The translations under genes were made by a program, and so were the position numbers. Positions 6,858 through 16,755 of a stretch of DNA of 64,000 bases are shown here, piece by piece. How positions within the stretch are numbered: position 1 is the stretch's first letter; each line of letters opens with the position of its first letter. Location: contig CACJNS010000001.1 in assembly GCA_902594855.1 (NCBI GenBank), forward strand, positions 561,335-625,334. The letters are read 5' to 3'. The stretch comes from an uncultured SAR86 cluster bacterium (lineage in GTDB: Bacteria; Pseudomonadota; Gammaproteobacteria; Magnimaribacterales; AG-339-G14). A model generated the notes under the pieces. That model searched no databases, was not told the origin of the DNA, and saw only the letters and a program-made list of their open reading frames with translations.

Positions 6858-6933
6858 TGGTGCCCAGAGGTAGAATCGAACTACCGACACAAGGATTTTC
6901 AGTCCTTTGCTCTACCAACTGAGCTATCTGGGC
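6858..6933 (-). tRNA. tRNA-Phe (anticodon GAA)
   Basis: The reverse complement reads GCCCAGATAGCTCAGTTGGTAGAGCAAAGGACTGAAAATCCTTGTGTCGGTAGTTCGATTCTACCTCTGGGCACCA. It forms a 7-bp acceptor stem, has a CTGAAAA anticodon loop and a TTCGATT T-loop, and encodes CCA. It is close to E. coli tRNA-Phe. Confidence 0.95.
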
Positions 6934-6974
6934 AATCGAGCGCACAATATTAGAAGAATCGTAAGTTAAGCGCA

Positions 6975-6988
6975 ATCGATTAATCGAT
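6975..6988. promoter_or_regulatory. Perfect 14-bp palindrome ATCGATTAATCGAT in the tRNA-Phe/transporter divergent region
   Basis: Self-complementary by inspection. It lies 36-49 bp upstream of the GPH transporter start. Candidate operator; function unknown. Confidence 0.25.
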
Positions 6989-7023
6989 AGAAATTAGAAT
7001 ATTTAAAGTATTATGAACAGGGG

Positions 7024-8367
7024 ATGAATTCAGAAACTTTAACAAACCGAGTAAGGGCAGGGTACGGTATTGGTGACTACGCCATTTGCCTTTACTGGAG
7101 CGGTATCGGTCTTTATCTTTTATATTTCTATACCGACGTGGTTGGCATTTCTCCAATTTTAGCTGGTTGGATTTATGCTCTGGGAATTGGTTGGGATGCG
7201 ATCACCGACCCGTTCATGGGGTATTTAGCCGAAAGGACCAAAACAAAAATGGGCAGCTATCGTCCCTTTATTTATTATGGATCGATACCATTAGCCTTAT
7301 CATTTGTTCTGCTCTTTTGGGTGCCTCCTTTTGAAGGTACTGTTTTGTTTTTATTCTTGATTCTAGTTAATTTAATTCACAGAAGTTGTTTCACCATTGT
7401 TAGTGTTCCTTACTCATCATTGACAGCCAGAATTACCAACGACAGCAATGAGCGCACAAAATTAACGACCGCAAGAATGATAAGTGCTTCATTTGGAACA
7501 CTTTCAATGTCTGCTTTAGCGTTTCCGTTGATAGCATATTTTGGCGGAGCCGATGAGGCTTATGGTTTTCTTTGGCTCGCAACAATCTCTGGTTTGATTG
7601 CTATTGCTCTATTATCTGTAACGGTTTATTCAGTTCGCGAGAAGGTCGATGAAATAGTTACCTCAAATCTTCCCAACTTTGTATCAATTACCAAAACCGT
7701 GGCAACCAATTATCCTTTTTGGATAGTTTTCGGCTGCATTCTCATCTTAGGTTCAACCGGAGTCATGTTTAACAAAAATTTAATTTATTTTGTTAAGTAC
7801 GGACTAGAACTGCATGAATATCAGGGATTAATCTTAGGGGTAAGTTCTGGCGCCTCGTTTTTATCTTTACCTTTTTGGGCGTATTTGGCATTAAAAATTG
7901 GAAAAAGGGAGACCTGGTTAATTTCAATGACAATCGCTTTCATAGGTCTTTTATTATTTTTCTATTATCCAATTGCTTCTTTAAATGAGCTATTGATCCT
8001 TTTAGCACTAATCGGAGTTGGAAACGGTGCTGGAGGGGTTCTCTTTTGGTCAATGTTGCCTGATACAGTTGAATACGGCGAGTGGAAAAGCGGCGTTAGA
8101 ACCGAATCATCTCTTTATGGTTTTATGACATTTGCACAGAAATCATCGATAGCTGTGGCGGCTTTAATCTTAGGATTTTTATTATCGGGCATAGGGTTTG
8201 AACCCAACCAAATTCAATCAGGAGAAACCATATCTGGAATGAAGTTTATGATGAGTTGGATACCTATCTGTGGAATTATAATTAGTCTAGTATTGATGTA
8301 CTTTTATCCAATAAGCACAAAGTTTCATGGCGAGCTTTTACAGAGAATAAAAGAGAGGAACGCATAA
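7024..8367 (+). CDS. Glycoside-pentoside-hexuronide (GPH/MelB-like) cation symporter
   Basis: 12-TM protein with the GPH signature region GWDAITDPFMGYLAERT. 447 aa. Confidence 0.75.
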   Translation: MNSETLTNRVRAGYGIGDYAICLYWSGIGLYLLYFYTDVVGISPILAGWIYALGIGWDAITDPFMGYLAERTKTKMGSYRPFIYYGSIPLALSFVLLFWVPPFEGTVLFLFLILVNLIHRSCFTIVSVPYSSLTARITNDSNERTKLTTARMISASFGTLSMSALAFPLIAYFGGADEAYGFLWLATISGLIAIALLSVTVYSVREKVDEIVTSNLPNFVSITKTVATNYPFWIVFGCILILGSTGVMFNKNLIYFVKYGLELHEYQGLILGVSSGASFLSLPFWAYLALKIGKRETWLISMTIAFIGLLLFFYYPIASLNELLILLALIGVGNGAGGVLFWSMLPDTVEYGEWKSGVRTESSLYGFMTFAQKSSIAVAALILGFLLSGIGFEPNQIQSGETISGMKFMMSWIPICGIIISLVLMYFYPISTKFHGELLQRIKERNA

Positions 8368-10358
8368 TGTCTAAATCAAAAGTGAAGTGGGGAATCATTG
8401 CAGCCGGAAGCATAGCTAACGCCTTTGCACATTCAATTAAATATTCAGAAAACTCTGAACTCAAAAGTGTTCTTGGAAGAAATGAAGAAAAGGTAAATGC
8501 TTTTGCAGAAAAACATCAAATACAACCGTTTACTGACCAAGAATCTTTTTTTGATTCTGAAATTGATGCTGTTTACGTAGCTACGCCACACGATACACAC
8601 TTTCACTACTCCATGGAGGTAATAAACAGATCTTTACACGTTTTATGCGAAAAACCGCTTACTGTTAATTCAACCGAAGCCATGGTTCTTATGAATGAGG
8701 CTAAAAAGCAAAAGGTCTTTTTAATGGAAGCATTCATGTACAGGACACATCCTCAAACTCATGAGATTTTAAAATTAGTGAAAGAACACTTTCTGGATAA
8801 TAAGGTTCTTATTTCCAGTTCATTTGGTTTCAATGCTCCAGTTCCAGAAGATCACAGATTAAGAAACCCTGACTTAGCGGGCGGCGCTATCTTAGATGTA
8901 GGTTGTTACCCTCTATCCATGGCCAGACTTATAGCCGGCACTATTGATGGCAAGCCTTTCCTTGACCCAATCAGCATGGAAGTATCCGGTGAATTAGATT
9001 CCACAGGCGTAGATGCAGACTCAACGGCAAAGATTACCTTTAATGACAAAATTCAGGCGGAAATTAAAACTGCCATTGCTAATGAATATGCAAATGACTT
9101 GATCATAGAATCAGGTGATTCAAAACTAGAAGTTTCTCAACCTTGGCATTGCGGTCAATTTCAGGATGGTAAATCGTCCATTAAATTAACTTTAAATAAT
9201 AAAGAATCTGAAATTCCCATAGTTGACGACGTTGGTTTATTTACTAGAGAAATTAATGAAGCATCTGATTGTATTCTTCAAGGGAATCTAGAATCTGAAG
9301 CGATGTCTCATAAAGACACCTTTGGAAACATGCTGTGGTTAGAAAGATGGTATGTTGAAACTGGCGTTGAGTATCCCCAAAACACTCCGCAAAGTTCGCC
9401 AATATTTAGTTATGACTACTCGGCTGTTGAAAATATAAAGAAATCAGCCTTCAAAGAGATTTCTAAAGAAGGCTCTCGAATAGTATTTGGTTGTGATAAT
9501 CAAACCTCTCAACTTCATGCTTCTACTATGTTTGATCATTTTTATAGAAACGGAGGCAATATTTTTGATACTGCCTACATCTATAATTTTGGAAAATCTG
9601 ATAAATACCTCGGCGAGTGGATTAAAACTAACGACTTGTCTAAAGATGTAATGGTGCTAGGCAAGGGGGCGCATACTCCTGACTGTGAACCTAAGTTTGT
9701 AAAGCCACAATTAGAAGAATCACTCGATAGACTCATGCTCGATCGCATAGATATATATTGCTTGCATAGAGATAATGCAGATATCCCTAGCGGTGAATTT
9801 ATTGATGCTCTTAATGAAGTCCGTGATGAAGGACTCATATCTTATCTTGGCGCATCAAATTGGACCTTAGAAAGATTCAGTGAGGCTAATGAATTTGCGC
9901 AGAACAACGATAAAGTAGGGTTCAAAGTTTTGAGCAACAATTTTAGTTTGGCCAACATGAACAAACCAGTATGGCCAGGTTGTGTCCACTGTCATGAAGA
10001 ATTTCTAGACTATTTAATTGAGAACGACATTTTTCTTTTTCCTTGGTCGAGTCAAGCTAGAGGTTTTTTCCTAGAAAAGGACCTTTTTCCTAAAGCTGAG
10101 CATTTTGCTAATCCCACTCTGGAAGAGGAAAAAAGAGTCTGGCACAGCAAAGCAAATCTGTTAAGAAGAGATAAATGTTTTGAACTAGCGGAAGAATTAG
10201 GTTGTCTCCCCATTGAATTAGCGCTTGCCTATGTATTGAACAAACATCCAAACATATTTCCACTGGTTGGACCAAGGTCTATATACGAATCGGAAAGCTG
10301 TATGCAGGCTTCAAAGATAAATTTGAGTGAAGATCAGCTGGATTGGCTAATTTCCTAG
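8367..10358 (+). CDS. Fusion protein: Gfo/Idh/MocA NAD(P)-oxidoreductase (N-terminal) + aldo/keto reductase (C-terminal)
   Basis: N-terminal half: WGIIAAGSIA Rossmann, LCEKPL, GAILDVGCYPL. C-terminal half from ~aa 370: FDTAYIYNFGKSD, IDIYCLHRDN, GASNW (AKR D/Y/K/H set). A single uninterrupted 663-aa ORF. Confidence 0.75.
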   Translation: MSKSKVKWGIIAAGSIANAFAHSIKYSENSELKSVLGRNEEKVNAFAEKHQIQPFTDQESFFDSEIDAVYVATPHDTHFHYSMEVINRSLHVLCEKPLTVNSTEAMVLMNEAKKQKVFLMEAFMYRTHPQTHEILKLVKEHFLDNKVLISSSFGFNAPVPEDHRLRNPDLAGGAILDVGCYPLSMARLIAGTIDGKPFLDPISMEVSGELDSTGVDADSTAKITFNDKIQAEIKTAIANEYANDLIIESGDSKLEVSQPWHCGQFQDGKSSIKLTLNNKESEIPIVDDVGLFTREINEASDCILQGNLESEAMSHKDTFGNMLWLERWYVETGVEYPQNTPQSSPIFSYDYSAVENIKKSAFKEISKEGSRIVFGCDNQTSQLHASTMFDHFYRNGGNIFDTAYIYNFGKSDKYLGEWIKTNDLSKDVMVLGKGAHTPDCEPKFVKPQLEESLDRLMLDRIDIYCLHRDNADIPSGEFIDALNEVRDEGLISYLGASNWTLERFSEANEFAQNNDKVGFKVLSNNFSLANMNKPVWPGCVHCHEEFLDYLIENDIFLFPWSSQARGFFLEKDLFPKAEHFANPTLEEEKRVWHSKANLLRRDKCFELAEELGCLPIELALAYVLNKHPNIFPLVGPRSIYESESCMQASKINLSEDQLDWLIS

Positions 10359-12776
10359 AGTAATCGTTTCGCTAAGTTCTATTTTTTCTGAAGAAGACCC
10401 TATTTCAATCGAATAACTGCCAGGTCTTATTTTCCAATCCTTGTCTTTAACATCCCAAAAAGAGAAGTTTCTGGCGTTAAGATGAATTTCAATTTCTTGT
10501 TTTTTTTGTTTTTCAATCAATACTTTTTTGAATGACTGAAGACTTTTTATGGGTTCATCACTTGGGCTACTCTCATACGATACATAACACTGAGCTACTT
10601 CTTGACCATCCATATCGCCGATATTTTCAATGTTGAATTTACAAACTACATCTGCGTTATCGCCTACTGATATTTCAAGATCTCCGTAGGAAAAATCGGT
10701 ATAAGACAACCCATGCCCGAAAGGAAAGAGGGACTTGATGTTTTTTCTTTCGTACCATCGATGTCCAACCAATAGCTTTTCTTCGTAGTCCATTTGCGAA
10801 TTCTCGCCCGGGTAACAGGAAAAAGCGGGAGTATCTTCAATTCTTTTTGGGAAGGTAGTAGGGAGCTTCCCAGAAGGATTAACTTCACCAAATAAAATAT
10901 CCATTAGTGCATTTCCATATTCTTGGCCGCCAAACCAAGATTGAAGTATTGCTTTAGATTGATCTTCCCAAGGCATCGAAACCGGCGATCCTGAATTGAT
11001 TACCACCACAGTGTTTTTATTTTCAGCCAAGACTGCGTCTACCAACTCATCTTGATTTGCTGGCAATCCTAAGTCAGCCCTATCATTTCCTTCCGTTTCC
11101 CAATCTGAATTAGTGCCAATAACTAGAATGACTGCATCAGCTTCTTGAGCGGCTTTTTTTGCTTCCTTCAAGAGATCTACTGCCTCTGGTGGCTTACATC
11201 CGAACTGAATTGCAGGAAATCTACCTTCAAAAAAATACTCAACTTCAAAACGGTAAGTTTGATCTTTGTTGAGGTTAAAGGATTGTCTTTTTGGAGCTGT
11301 CGCAAAAGAGAAGAAAGCCTCACCTGGAGAGGTTTCATTCCAATTATCAACAAGAACCTCTCCATCAATCTTCAATTTACTCAATCCTATACCAAAAATT
11401 TCAAATTCATGATCACCTGAAATATCCGGAGTGTAGTCACAAGAAAATCTTACGATGATATGAGGTCGTTCCTCTTTATTGATAATATTTTTAGCAAAAC
11501 CTTCAAATACCCAGTATCGATTTCCTTTCAAAACTTCTGTGGATATAAGATTAGATTCGTCAATTTCTTTATCGAAGTACTCAACTAAAAAACCGTCTTC
11601 AGAATTTGAGAAAAGCCTCTCATCTAATTTAGGTAAATATTTATTCGTATTTGCTCCTTTTGCATAAGTGATCGCAAATTTATCTTTGTACCTTTCATTC
11701 AATGCATCAAATGGGTGAACCTGATAATGGGGTTTTAGACTTGCACTACCACCACCGATAATTTGACTGTTTTTCGCATTAGGACCAATGATTGCAACCT
11801 TGGAGATTTGCTTATGATTCAATGGCAGAAGATTATCGTTTTTGAGTAAAACCATACCTTCGCAGGCTACATCTCTGAGAAGTTTATTATGAGCATCTCT
11901 TACGTTACTTTTTTCGGGTTTGTTTTGTGGAGATTCAAACCTTCCAGAGAATTTTCCTACTGATAGAATTCTATGTACTTTATCGTCTATTAATTTTTCA
12001 TCCACTAGACCTTCATTTACAGCTTGCAGCAACTTTTCACCCCATGCATTTCCTGGCCCTGGCATCTCAAGATCTAGGCCACCGTTAGCATTTTCAATAG
12101 TTTCCAGTGCCGCTCCCCAATCACTTACTACATAACCATCAAATTTCCACTCTTCTTTTAAGATATCGATAAGAATTTCTTTATGGGAACTGCAAAAAAT
12201 ATTATTCAGTCGGTTGTATGCAGACATCACTGACTTAGCATCACCATCTTTGACACCCATCTCGAAAGGCAGAAGATATATTTCTCGAAGTGTTCTTTCG
12301 TCTACATTCGAACTTACAGAATGTCTCTCAAATTCAGTATCGTTTGCAATAAAGTGCTTCAAACATGCGGAGACTTTTTGAGATTGAACGCCTTTGACAT
12401 AAGCAGTTGCAAGTTTTCCTACCAGCAAAGGATCTTCAGAATAATTTTCAAAATGCCTTCCACCTAAGGGATGTCTATGAAGGTTAATGGTAGGACCGAG
12501 CAAAACATCAACATCCTTATCTCTGGCTTCTTCTCCTAAAGCGACACCTATTTTTTCAAGCAGTTCTTCATTCCAAGTTGATCCCATTAGAATAGGGCAA
12601 GGAAAACACGCTGAAGTCTTACCTGAGGTTCCGTCTCCTCTGACTCCGTTTGGACCATCAGACATTTTGATACTAGGGATGTCTAGCCTCTCAATTTTAT
12701 TGGTGTACCAATTATTGAAACCTGATAGCAAAAGAATTTTTTCTTTCAGGTTAAGTTCTTTAACTAAATCTTCCAT
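10347..12776 (-). CDS. GH3 beta-glucosidase with PA14-like insertion, no signal peptide
   Basis: KMSDGPNGVR, nucleophile GYVVSDWGA, and an inserted ~150-aa segment (GDHEFEIFGIGLSKLKIDGEVLVDNW) typical of PA14. 809 aa. Confidence 0.85.
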   Translation of the reverse strand: MEDLVKELNLKEKILLLSGFNNWYTNKIERLDIPSIKMSDGPNGVRGDGTSGKTSACFPCPILMGSTWNEELLEKIGVALGEEARDKDVDVLLGPTINLHRHPLGGRHFENYSEDPLLVGKLATAYVKGVQSQKVSACLKHFIANDTEFERHSVSSNVDERTLREIYLLPFEMGVKDGDAKSVMSAYNRLNNIFCSSHKEILIDILKEEWKFDGYVVSDWGAALETIENANGGLDLEMPGPGNAWGEKLLQAVNEGLVDEKLIDDKVHRILSVGKFSGRFESPQNKPEKSNVRDAHNKLLRDVACEGMVLLKNDNLLPLNHKQISKVAIIGPNAKNSQIIGGGSASLKPHYQVHPFDALNERYKDKFAITYAKGANTNKYLPKLDERLFSNSEDGFLVEYFDKEIDESNLISTEVLKGNRYWVFEGFAKNIINKEERPHIIVRFSCDYTPDISGDHEFEIFGIGLSKLKIDGEVLVDNWNETSPGEAFFSFATAPKRQSFNLNKDQTYRFEVEYFFEGRFPAIQFGCKPPEAVDLLKEAKKAAQEADAVILVIGTNSDWETEGNDRADLGLPANQDELVDAVLAENKNTVVVINSGSPVSMPWEDQSKAILQSWFGGQEYGNALMDILFGEVNPSGKLPTTFPKRIEDTPAFSCYPGENSQMDYEEKLLVGHRWYERKNIKSLFPFGHGLSYTDFSYGDLEISVGDNADVVCKFNIENIGDMDGQEVAQCYVSYESSPSDEPIKSLQSFKKVLIEKQKKQEIEIHLNARNFSFWDVKDKDWKIRPGSYSIEIGSSSEKIELSETITLGN

Positions 12777-12779
12777 GAG

Positions 12780-13046
12780 TTATTCAACTGGCTTAAAACC
12801 AACCGGTTTATCAACGTCACCATTATTGAGAAATTTATCAAGTTGATCATTTAAATAATCTCTCGTTTCTTTTTCAGCAAGATTTAATTGCTTTTCATTT
12901 ATGAGCATTGTTTGGAGCTGTAACCACTCCATCCAAGCTTTTTTTGAAACGTTATTAAATATTTCTTCACCCCTAGGACCAGGGTAGGGAGGCCTATCTA
13001 ATGCAGGAAGCTCTTCTTGATATTTTTTACAGTAAACCTTTGTCAT
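12780..13046 (-). CDS. yggX: Fe(2+)-trafficking protein YggX
   Basis: PYPGPRGEEIFNNVSKKAWMEW signature. ~88 aa, downstream of mutY as in E. coli. Confidence 0.85.
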   Translation of the reverse strand: MTKVYCKKYQEELPALDRPPYPGPRGEEIFNNVSKKAWMEWLQLQTMLINEKQLNLAEKETRDYLNDQLDKFLNNGDVDKPVGFKPVE

Positions 13047-14028
13047 TTTGATTTAAAATTTTTTTAACGATGTCTAATACTGGCTTAGGTGCCCCCAATT
13101 TAGCAATTTTATTTTTTTCAATCCAAATAGTTTTTTCATCATCGGTTTCCATATCATCAGGAATATTAATTATTCTAGGTGATATGTGGAAGTCTTTATG
13201 AGATAAGGAATGTTTAAAGCTAGGCAGTTCATTTATATCTTGCTTTGTCTGAAACAATTCTCGCTTCGGAAACACCCATAGGTTTGGCCAAATACCTTCA
13301 TCAGGATTTTTACAAAGCATGACTTTGTTATTTTTCTGATAAATAAACCAATGAAAACTTTCTTGAGTTTTGGTGATTGTATTCTTTTTAGTTTTGATGA
13401 AATCTTGTTTTTTAAAACTTAAGCAAGTTTTTTGAATGGGGCATAGATCACATTTTGGTTTTTCTTTCACGCAAATGAGAGAGCCTAAATCCATCATGCC
13501 TTGTCCAAAACTTCGATAATTTGCTTTTGGAGAATTCTGATATAAAAAAGGCTTGATGGATTGTTTTAACTCGCGTGGATTGTTTTCTACATTAAGATAT
13601 CTTGAAACAACTCTTTTGACATTCCCATCAAGGATAGTTCCTTTCTTATTAAAGGCTAATGCAAGGATTGCTCCAGCTGTTGACTCTCCAATCCCAGGAA
13701 GAGCAACTAAATCTTCATAATTATCAGGAAATACTTGATGATATTTATCTGTGATTATTTTTGCAGTTTGGTGAAGATTTCTCGCTCTTCGATAAAAGCC
13801 TAAACCAGCCCAATTTTTGAGAACTTCATCTAGATTGGCTTTTGATAAAGTTAAAACATTTGGAAATGATTTCATAAAATTTTCGTAGAAGGGAATAACT
13901 GTGGAAACTTGAGTTTGTTGAAGCATGATCTCAGAAACCCAGACTTTATAAGGATCATTCGTTTGCCATGGCAAATTATTCCTACCGTGTAAGTTTTGCC
14001 ACTCGATGATTCTTACTGAAAATTTCAT
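13027..14028 (-). CDS. mutY: A/G-specific adenine DNA glycosylase
   Basis: WVSEIMLQQTQV, HhH PGIGESTAGAI and the 4Fe-4S cluster CVKEKPKCDLCPIQKTC. Confidence 0.9.
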   Translation of the reverse strand: MKFSVRIIEWQNLHGRNNLPWQTNDPYKVWVSEIMLQQTQVSTVIPFYENFMKSFPNVLTLSKANLDEVLKNWAGLGFYRRARNLHQTAKIITDKYHQVFPDNYEDLVALPGIGESTAGAILALAFNKKGTILDGNVKRVVSRYLNVENNPRELKQSIKPFLYQNSPKANYRSFGQGMMDLGSLICVKEKPKCDLCPIQKTCLSFKKQDFIKTKKNTITKTQESFHWFIYQKNNKVMLCKNPDEGIWPNLWVFPKRELFQTKQDINELPSFKHSLSHKDFHISPRIINIPDDMETDDEKTIWIEKNKIAKLGAPKPVLDIVKKILNQNDKGLL

Positions 14029-14077
14029 AATTAAGATATTCTACCTCCATTGATAATATATAATCTGTTTTCGTTTT

Positions 14078-14665
14078 ATGAGATCAATAGACTTAGAAAG
14101 AAATACTAAAGAGACGCAAATAAAGCTCTCTCTTAATTTAGATGGTAGCGGTTCTGCAGACTTATCCGTGGAATTACCTTTTTTTGCTCATATGCTAGAT
14201 CAACTCGTCAGACACGGTGACTTTGATTTACAGCTTAATGCAGTAGGTGATCTTGAGATTGATGCACATCATACTGTTGAGGACATTGGAATAATTTTAG
14301 GCGAAGCATTTAACTCTGCTTTAGGAGATAAAAAAGGCATTAAAAGGTTTGGCTCTGCTTACGCACCATTAGATGAATCTTTATCTAGAGTTGTTGTTGA
14401 TTTCTCTGGAAGACCAGGATTATTTTGGGATGTTGAATTTAAAAGAGAATTCATCAATGATTTTGATTTGCAATTGTTGGAAGAATTTTTTCATGGGTTT
14501 ACTAACAAAGCCCTAGCAACCATTCACGTTGATAATCTAAAAGGGGCAAATGCTCATCACCAAGCAGAGACAATATTTAAAGCTTTCGCTTTAGCTTTAA
14601 AACAAGCGTGCTCTATGGACGATGCTAAAAAAGATAAGCTTCCGTCTACCAAAGAACTTCTTTGA
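14078..14665 (+). CDS. hisB: Imidazoleglycerol-phosphate dehydratase
   Basis: [20 protein letters not shown] and HHQAE motifs. Monofunctional size. Confidence 0.9.
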   Translation: MRSIDLERNTKETQIKLSLNLDGSGSADLSVELPFFAHMLDQLVRHGDFDLQLNAVGDLEIDAHHTVEDIGIILGEAFNSALGDKKGIKRFGSAYAPLDESLSRVVVDFSGRPGLFWDVEFKREFINDFDLQLLEEFFHGFTNKALATIHVDNLKGANAHHQAETIFKAFALALKQACSMDDAKKDKLPSTKELL

Positions 14666-15276
14666 GTATGAAAGTTGGAATAATAGATTACGGAGCAAGT
14701 AATTTATACTCCATTGATAGAAGTCTTAGATATTTGGGAGCAAATACCCTCATAATTGACGAGCCCAATAAGCTCAAGGAAGTGGATAAACTAGTTTTTC
14801 CTGGTCAAGGTTCTCTGGGTTCCGCAATGTCTCATTTAAAGAAAATCGAGCTGCTTGAAGATTTAAGAACACAGTTGAAAGAAAAACCTTTTTTGGGCAT
14901 TTGTTTAGGACTCCAAGTTCTTTTTTCAAAAAGTGAAGAGGGAGATACTCAAGGATATGGTTTTTACAAAAATGAAATATCAATGTTTCCCCCTGATTTG
15001 CCTATAAAGGTTCCTCACATGGGTTGGAACAAGGTCTTTATAAAACAAGATCATGACTTATTTACAAATATTGAAAATGACACAAGATTTTATTTTGTGC
15101 ATTCGTATTTATTAAAAGACTTCGATGAGGAAAAATCTTTTTCTACCACTCATCATGGTATTGAGTTTATTTCATCTATTGGAGATGAAAATATTTTTGC
15201 TACCCAATTCCATCCTGAGAAGAGTGGAGAGGCGGGATTAAAATTTTTTGATAATTTTCTTAAATGGAATCCTTAA
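14662..15276 (+). CDS. hisH: Imidazole glycerol phosphate synthase, glutaminase subunit
   Basis: [10 protein letters not shown] (catalytic Cys) and FHPEKS. Confidence 0.9.
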   Translation: MSMKVGIIDYGASNLYSIDRSLRYLGANTLIIDEPNKLKEVDKLVFPGQGSLGSAMSHLKKIELLEDLRTQLKEKPFLGICLGLQVLFSKSEEGDTQGYGFYKNEISMFPPDLPIKVPHMGWNKVFIKQDHDLFTNIENDTRFYFVHSYLLKDFDEEKSFSTTHHGIEFISSIGDENIFATQFHPEKSGEAGLKFFDNFLKWNP

Positions 15277-15995
15277 TGAAAATTATTCCAGCTATTGATA
15301 TCCAAGATGGGAAGTGTGTAAGGCTTACAAAAGGTGATCTAAATTCTACTGTTAAGTATTTTGATGATCCTGTCCAAGCTGCCGAACATTGGTATTCATA
15401 TGGAATAGACAGAATTCATATAGTTGATTTAGACGGGGCAAAAAAAGGCCAGTCTTTAATATTGAACATCATTCATGATATTAAAAAGAAATTACCAAAA
15501 GTTTCCCTTCAAGTGGGGGGAGGTTTCAGAAATAAAGAAATAATTGAGCGTGCATTAAATTCTGGCATCGATCAAATCATTTTAGGTAGTCTTGCTGTCA
15601 AAGATCCTATTTTATTTCACGACATTGCTTCCTCTTATCCAGATAAAATTATTTTTGGGCTGGATACAAAGAATGACTATGTAAAGTCAGAGGCCTGGAC
15701 AGAAGATTCAGGAGTTTATTGGATAGATTTGGTCAAAAAGTTTAATGATTTACCCATAAACTCTATTATTTTTACAGACATAGATAGAGATGGAATGCTC
15801 AATGGACCTAATTTGGAAAAAATAACTGAATTAACAAGCAATACCTCATTGCCCGTTATCGCATCCGGTGGTGTATCTTCTCTGGAAGATTTAATTCAAT
15901 TAAAAAAAATTAAAGGCGTCTGGGGAGTGATTTCTGGCAAAGCATTATACGAAAATACCTTTTCTTTAGATGAGGCATTAAATTTAATTTCTTAA
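15276..15995 (+). CDS. hisA: ProFAR isomerase
   Basis: [17 protein letters not shown]. The start is taken at the ATG overlapping the hisH stop (the track start 15264 is also possible). Confidence 0.85.
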   Translation: MKIIPAIDIQDGKCVRLTKGDLNSTVKYFDDPVQAAEHWYSYGIDRIHIVDLDGAKKGQSLILNIIHDIKKKLPKVSLQVGGGFRNKEIIERALNSGIDQIILGSLAVKDPILFHDIASSYPDKIIFGLDTKNDYVKSEAWTEDSGVYWIDLVKKFNDLPINSIIFTDIDRDGMLNGPNLEKITELTSNTSLPVIASGGVSSLEDLIQLKKIKGVWGVISGKALYENTFSLDEALNLIS

Positions 15996-15996
15996 T

Positions 15997-16755
15997 ATGA
16001 CAGTAGCTGTAAGAATCATTCCTTGTCTTGATATCAGAGCGGGACGAGTCGTTAAAGGTATTAACTTTGAAAATATTATCGATGCAGGAGATCCTGTAGA
16101 AACAGCAGAAAGATACAATACAGAAGGAGCTGATGAGCTATGTTTTTTAGATATAGATGCTTCTTATGAAAATCGATCAGCTACTCTTTCTACAGTTGAA
16201 GCTGTAGCTTCGCAGGTATTTATTCCTTTAACTGTTGGTGGAGGAGTTAGCAAATTACAAGATATAGAGAGATTACTTGAAAAGGGAGCAGATAAAGTAT
16301 CGATAAACACCTCAGCTATCCTTGATCCGTCTTTGGTTGGGAATGCAGCAAAGAAATTTGGTTCTCAATGCATTGTTGTTGCGGTTGATTCAAAGAGAGA
16401 AGGAGAAAAATCTTATGTTTATACTCATGGAGGAAAAAATAAGACTGCTTTCGAGACATCAGCCTGGATAAAAATCGTTGAAAGTGAGGGCGCAGGAGAA
16501 ATTCTTCTTACTTCCATGGATAGGGATGGCACCAAAATAGGATTTGATAATGAACTTACTTTCTCAATTGCAAAAGATTTGAGTATTCCGCTTATTACTT
16601 CAGGAGGAGCCGGAAGTATTGATCATATGATAGAAGGGATAACCGATGGAAAAGCAGATGCTGTCCTCGCAGCTAGTATTTTTCACCAAAAGGAAATTAC
16701 TATTGCAGAGGTCAAAGATGGCCTAGCTTCCAAGGGTATCGAAGTAAGGTTATAA
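15997..16755 (+). CDS. hisF: Imidazole glycerol phosphate synthase, cyclase subunit
   Basis: [16 protein letters not shown] and SGGAGS. Confidence 0.9.
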   Translation: MTVAVRIIPCLDIRAGRVVKGINFENIIDAGDPVETAERYNTEGADELCFLDIDASYENRSATLSTVEAVASQVFIPLTVGGGVSKLQDIERLLEKGADKVSINTSAILDPSLVGNAAKKFGSQCIVVAVDSKREGEKSYVYTHGGKNKTAFETSAWIKIVESEGAGEILLTSMDRDGTKIGFDNELTFSIAKDLSIPLITSGGAGSIDHMIEGITDGKADAVLAASIFHQKEITIAEVKDGLASKGIEVRL

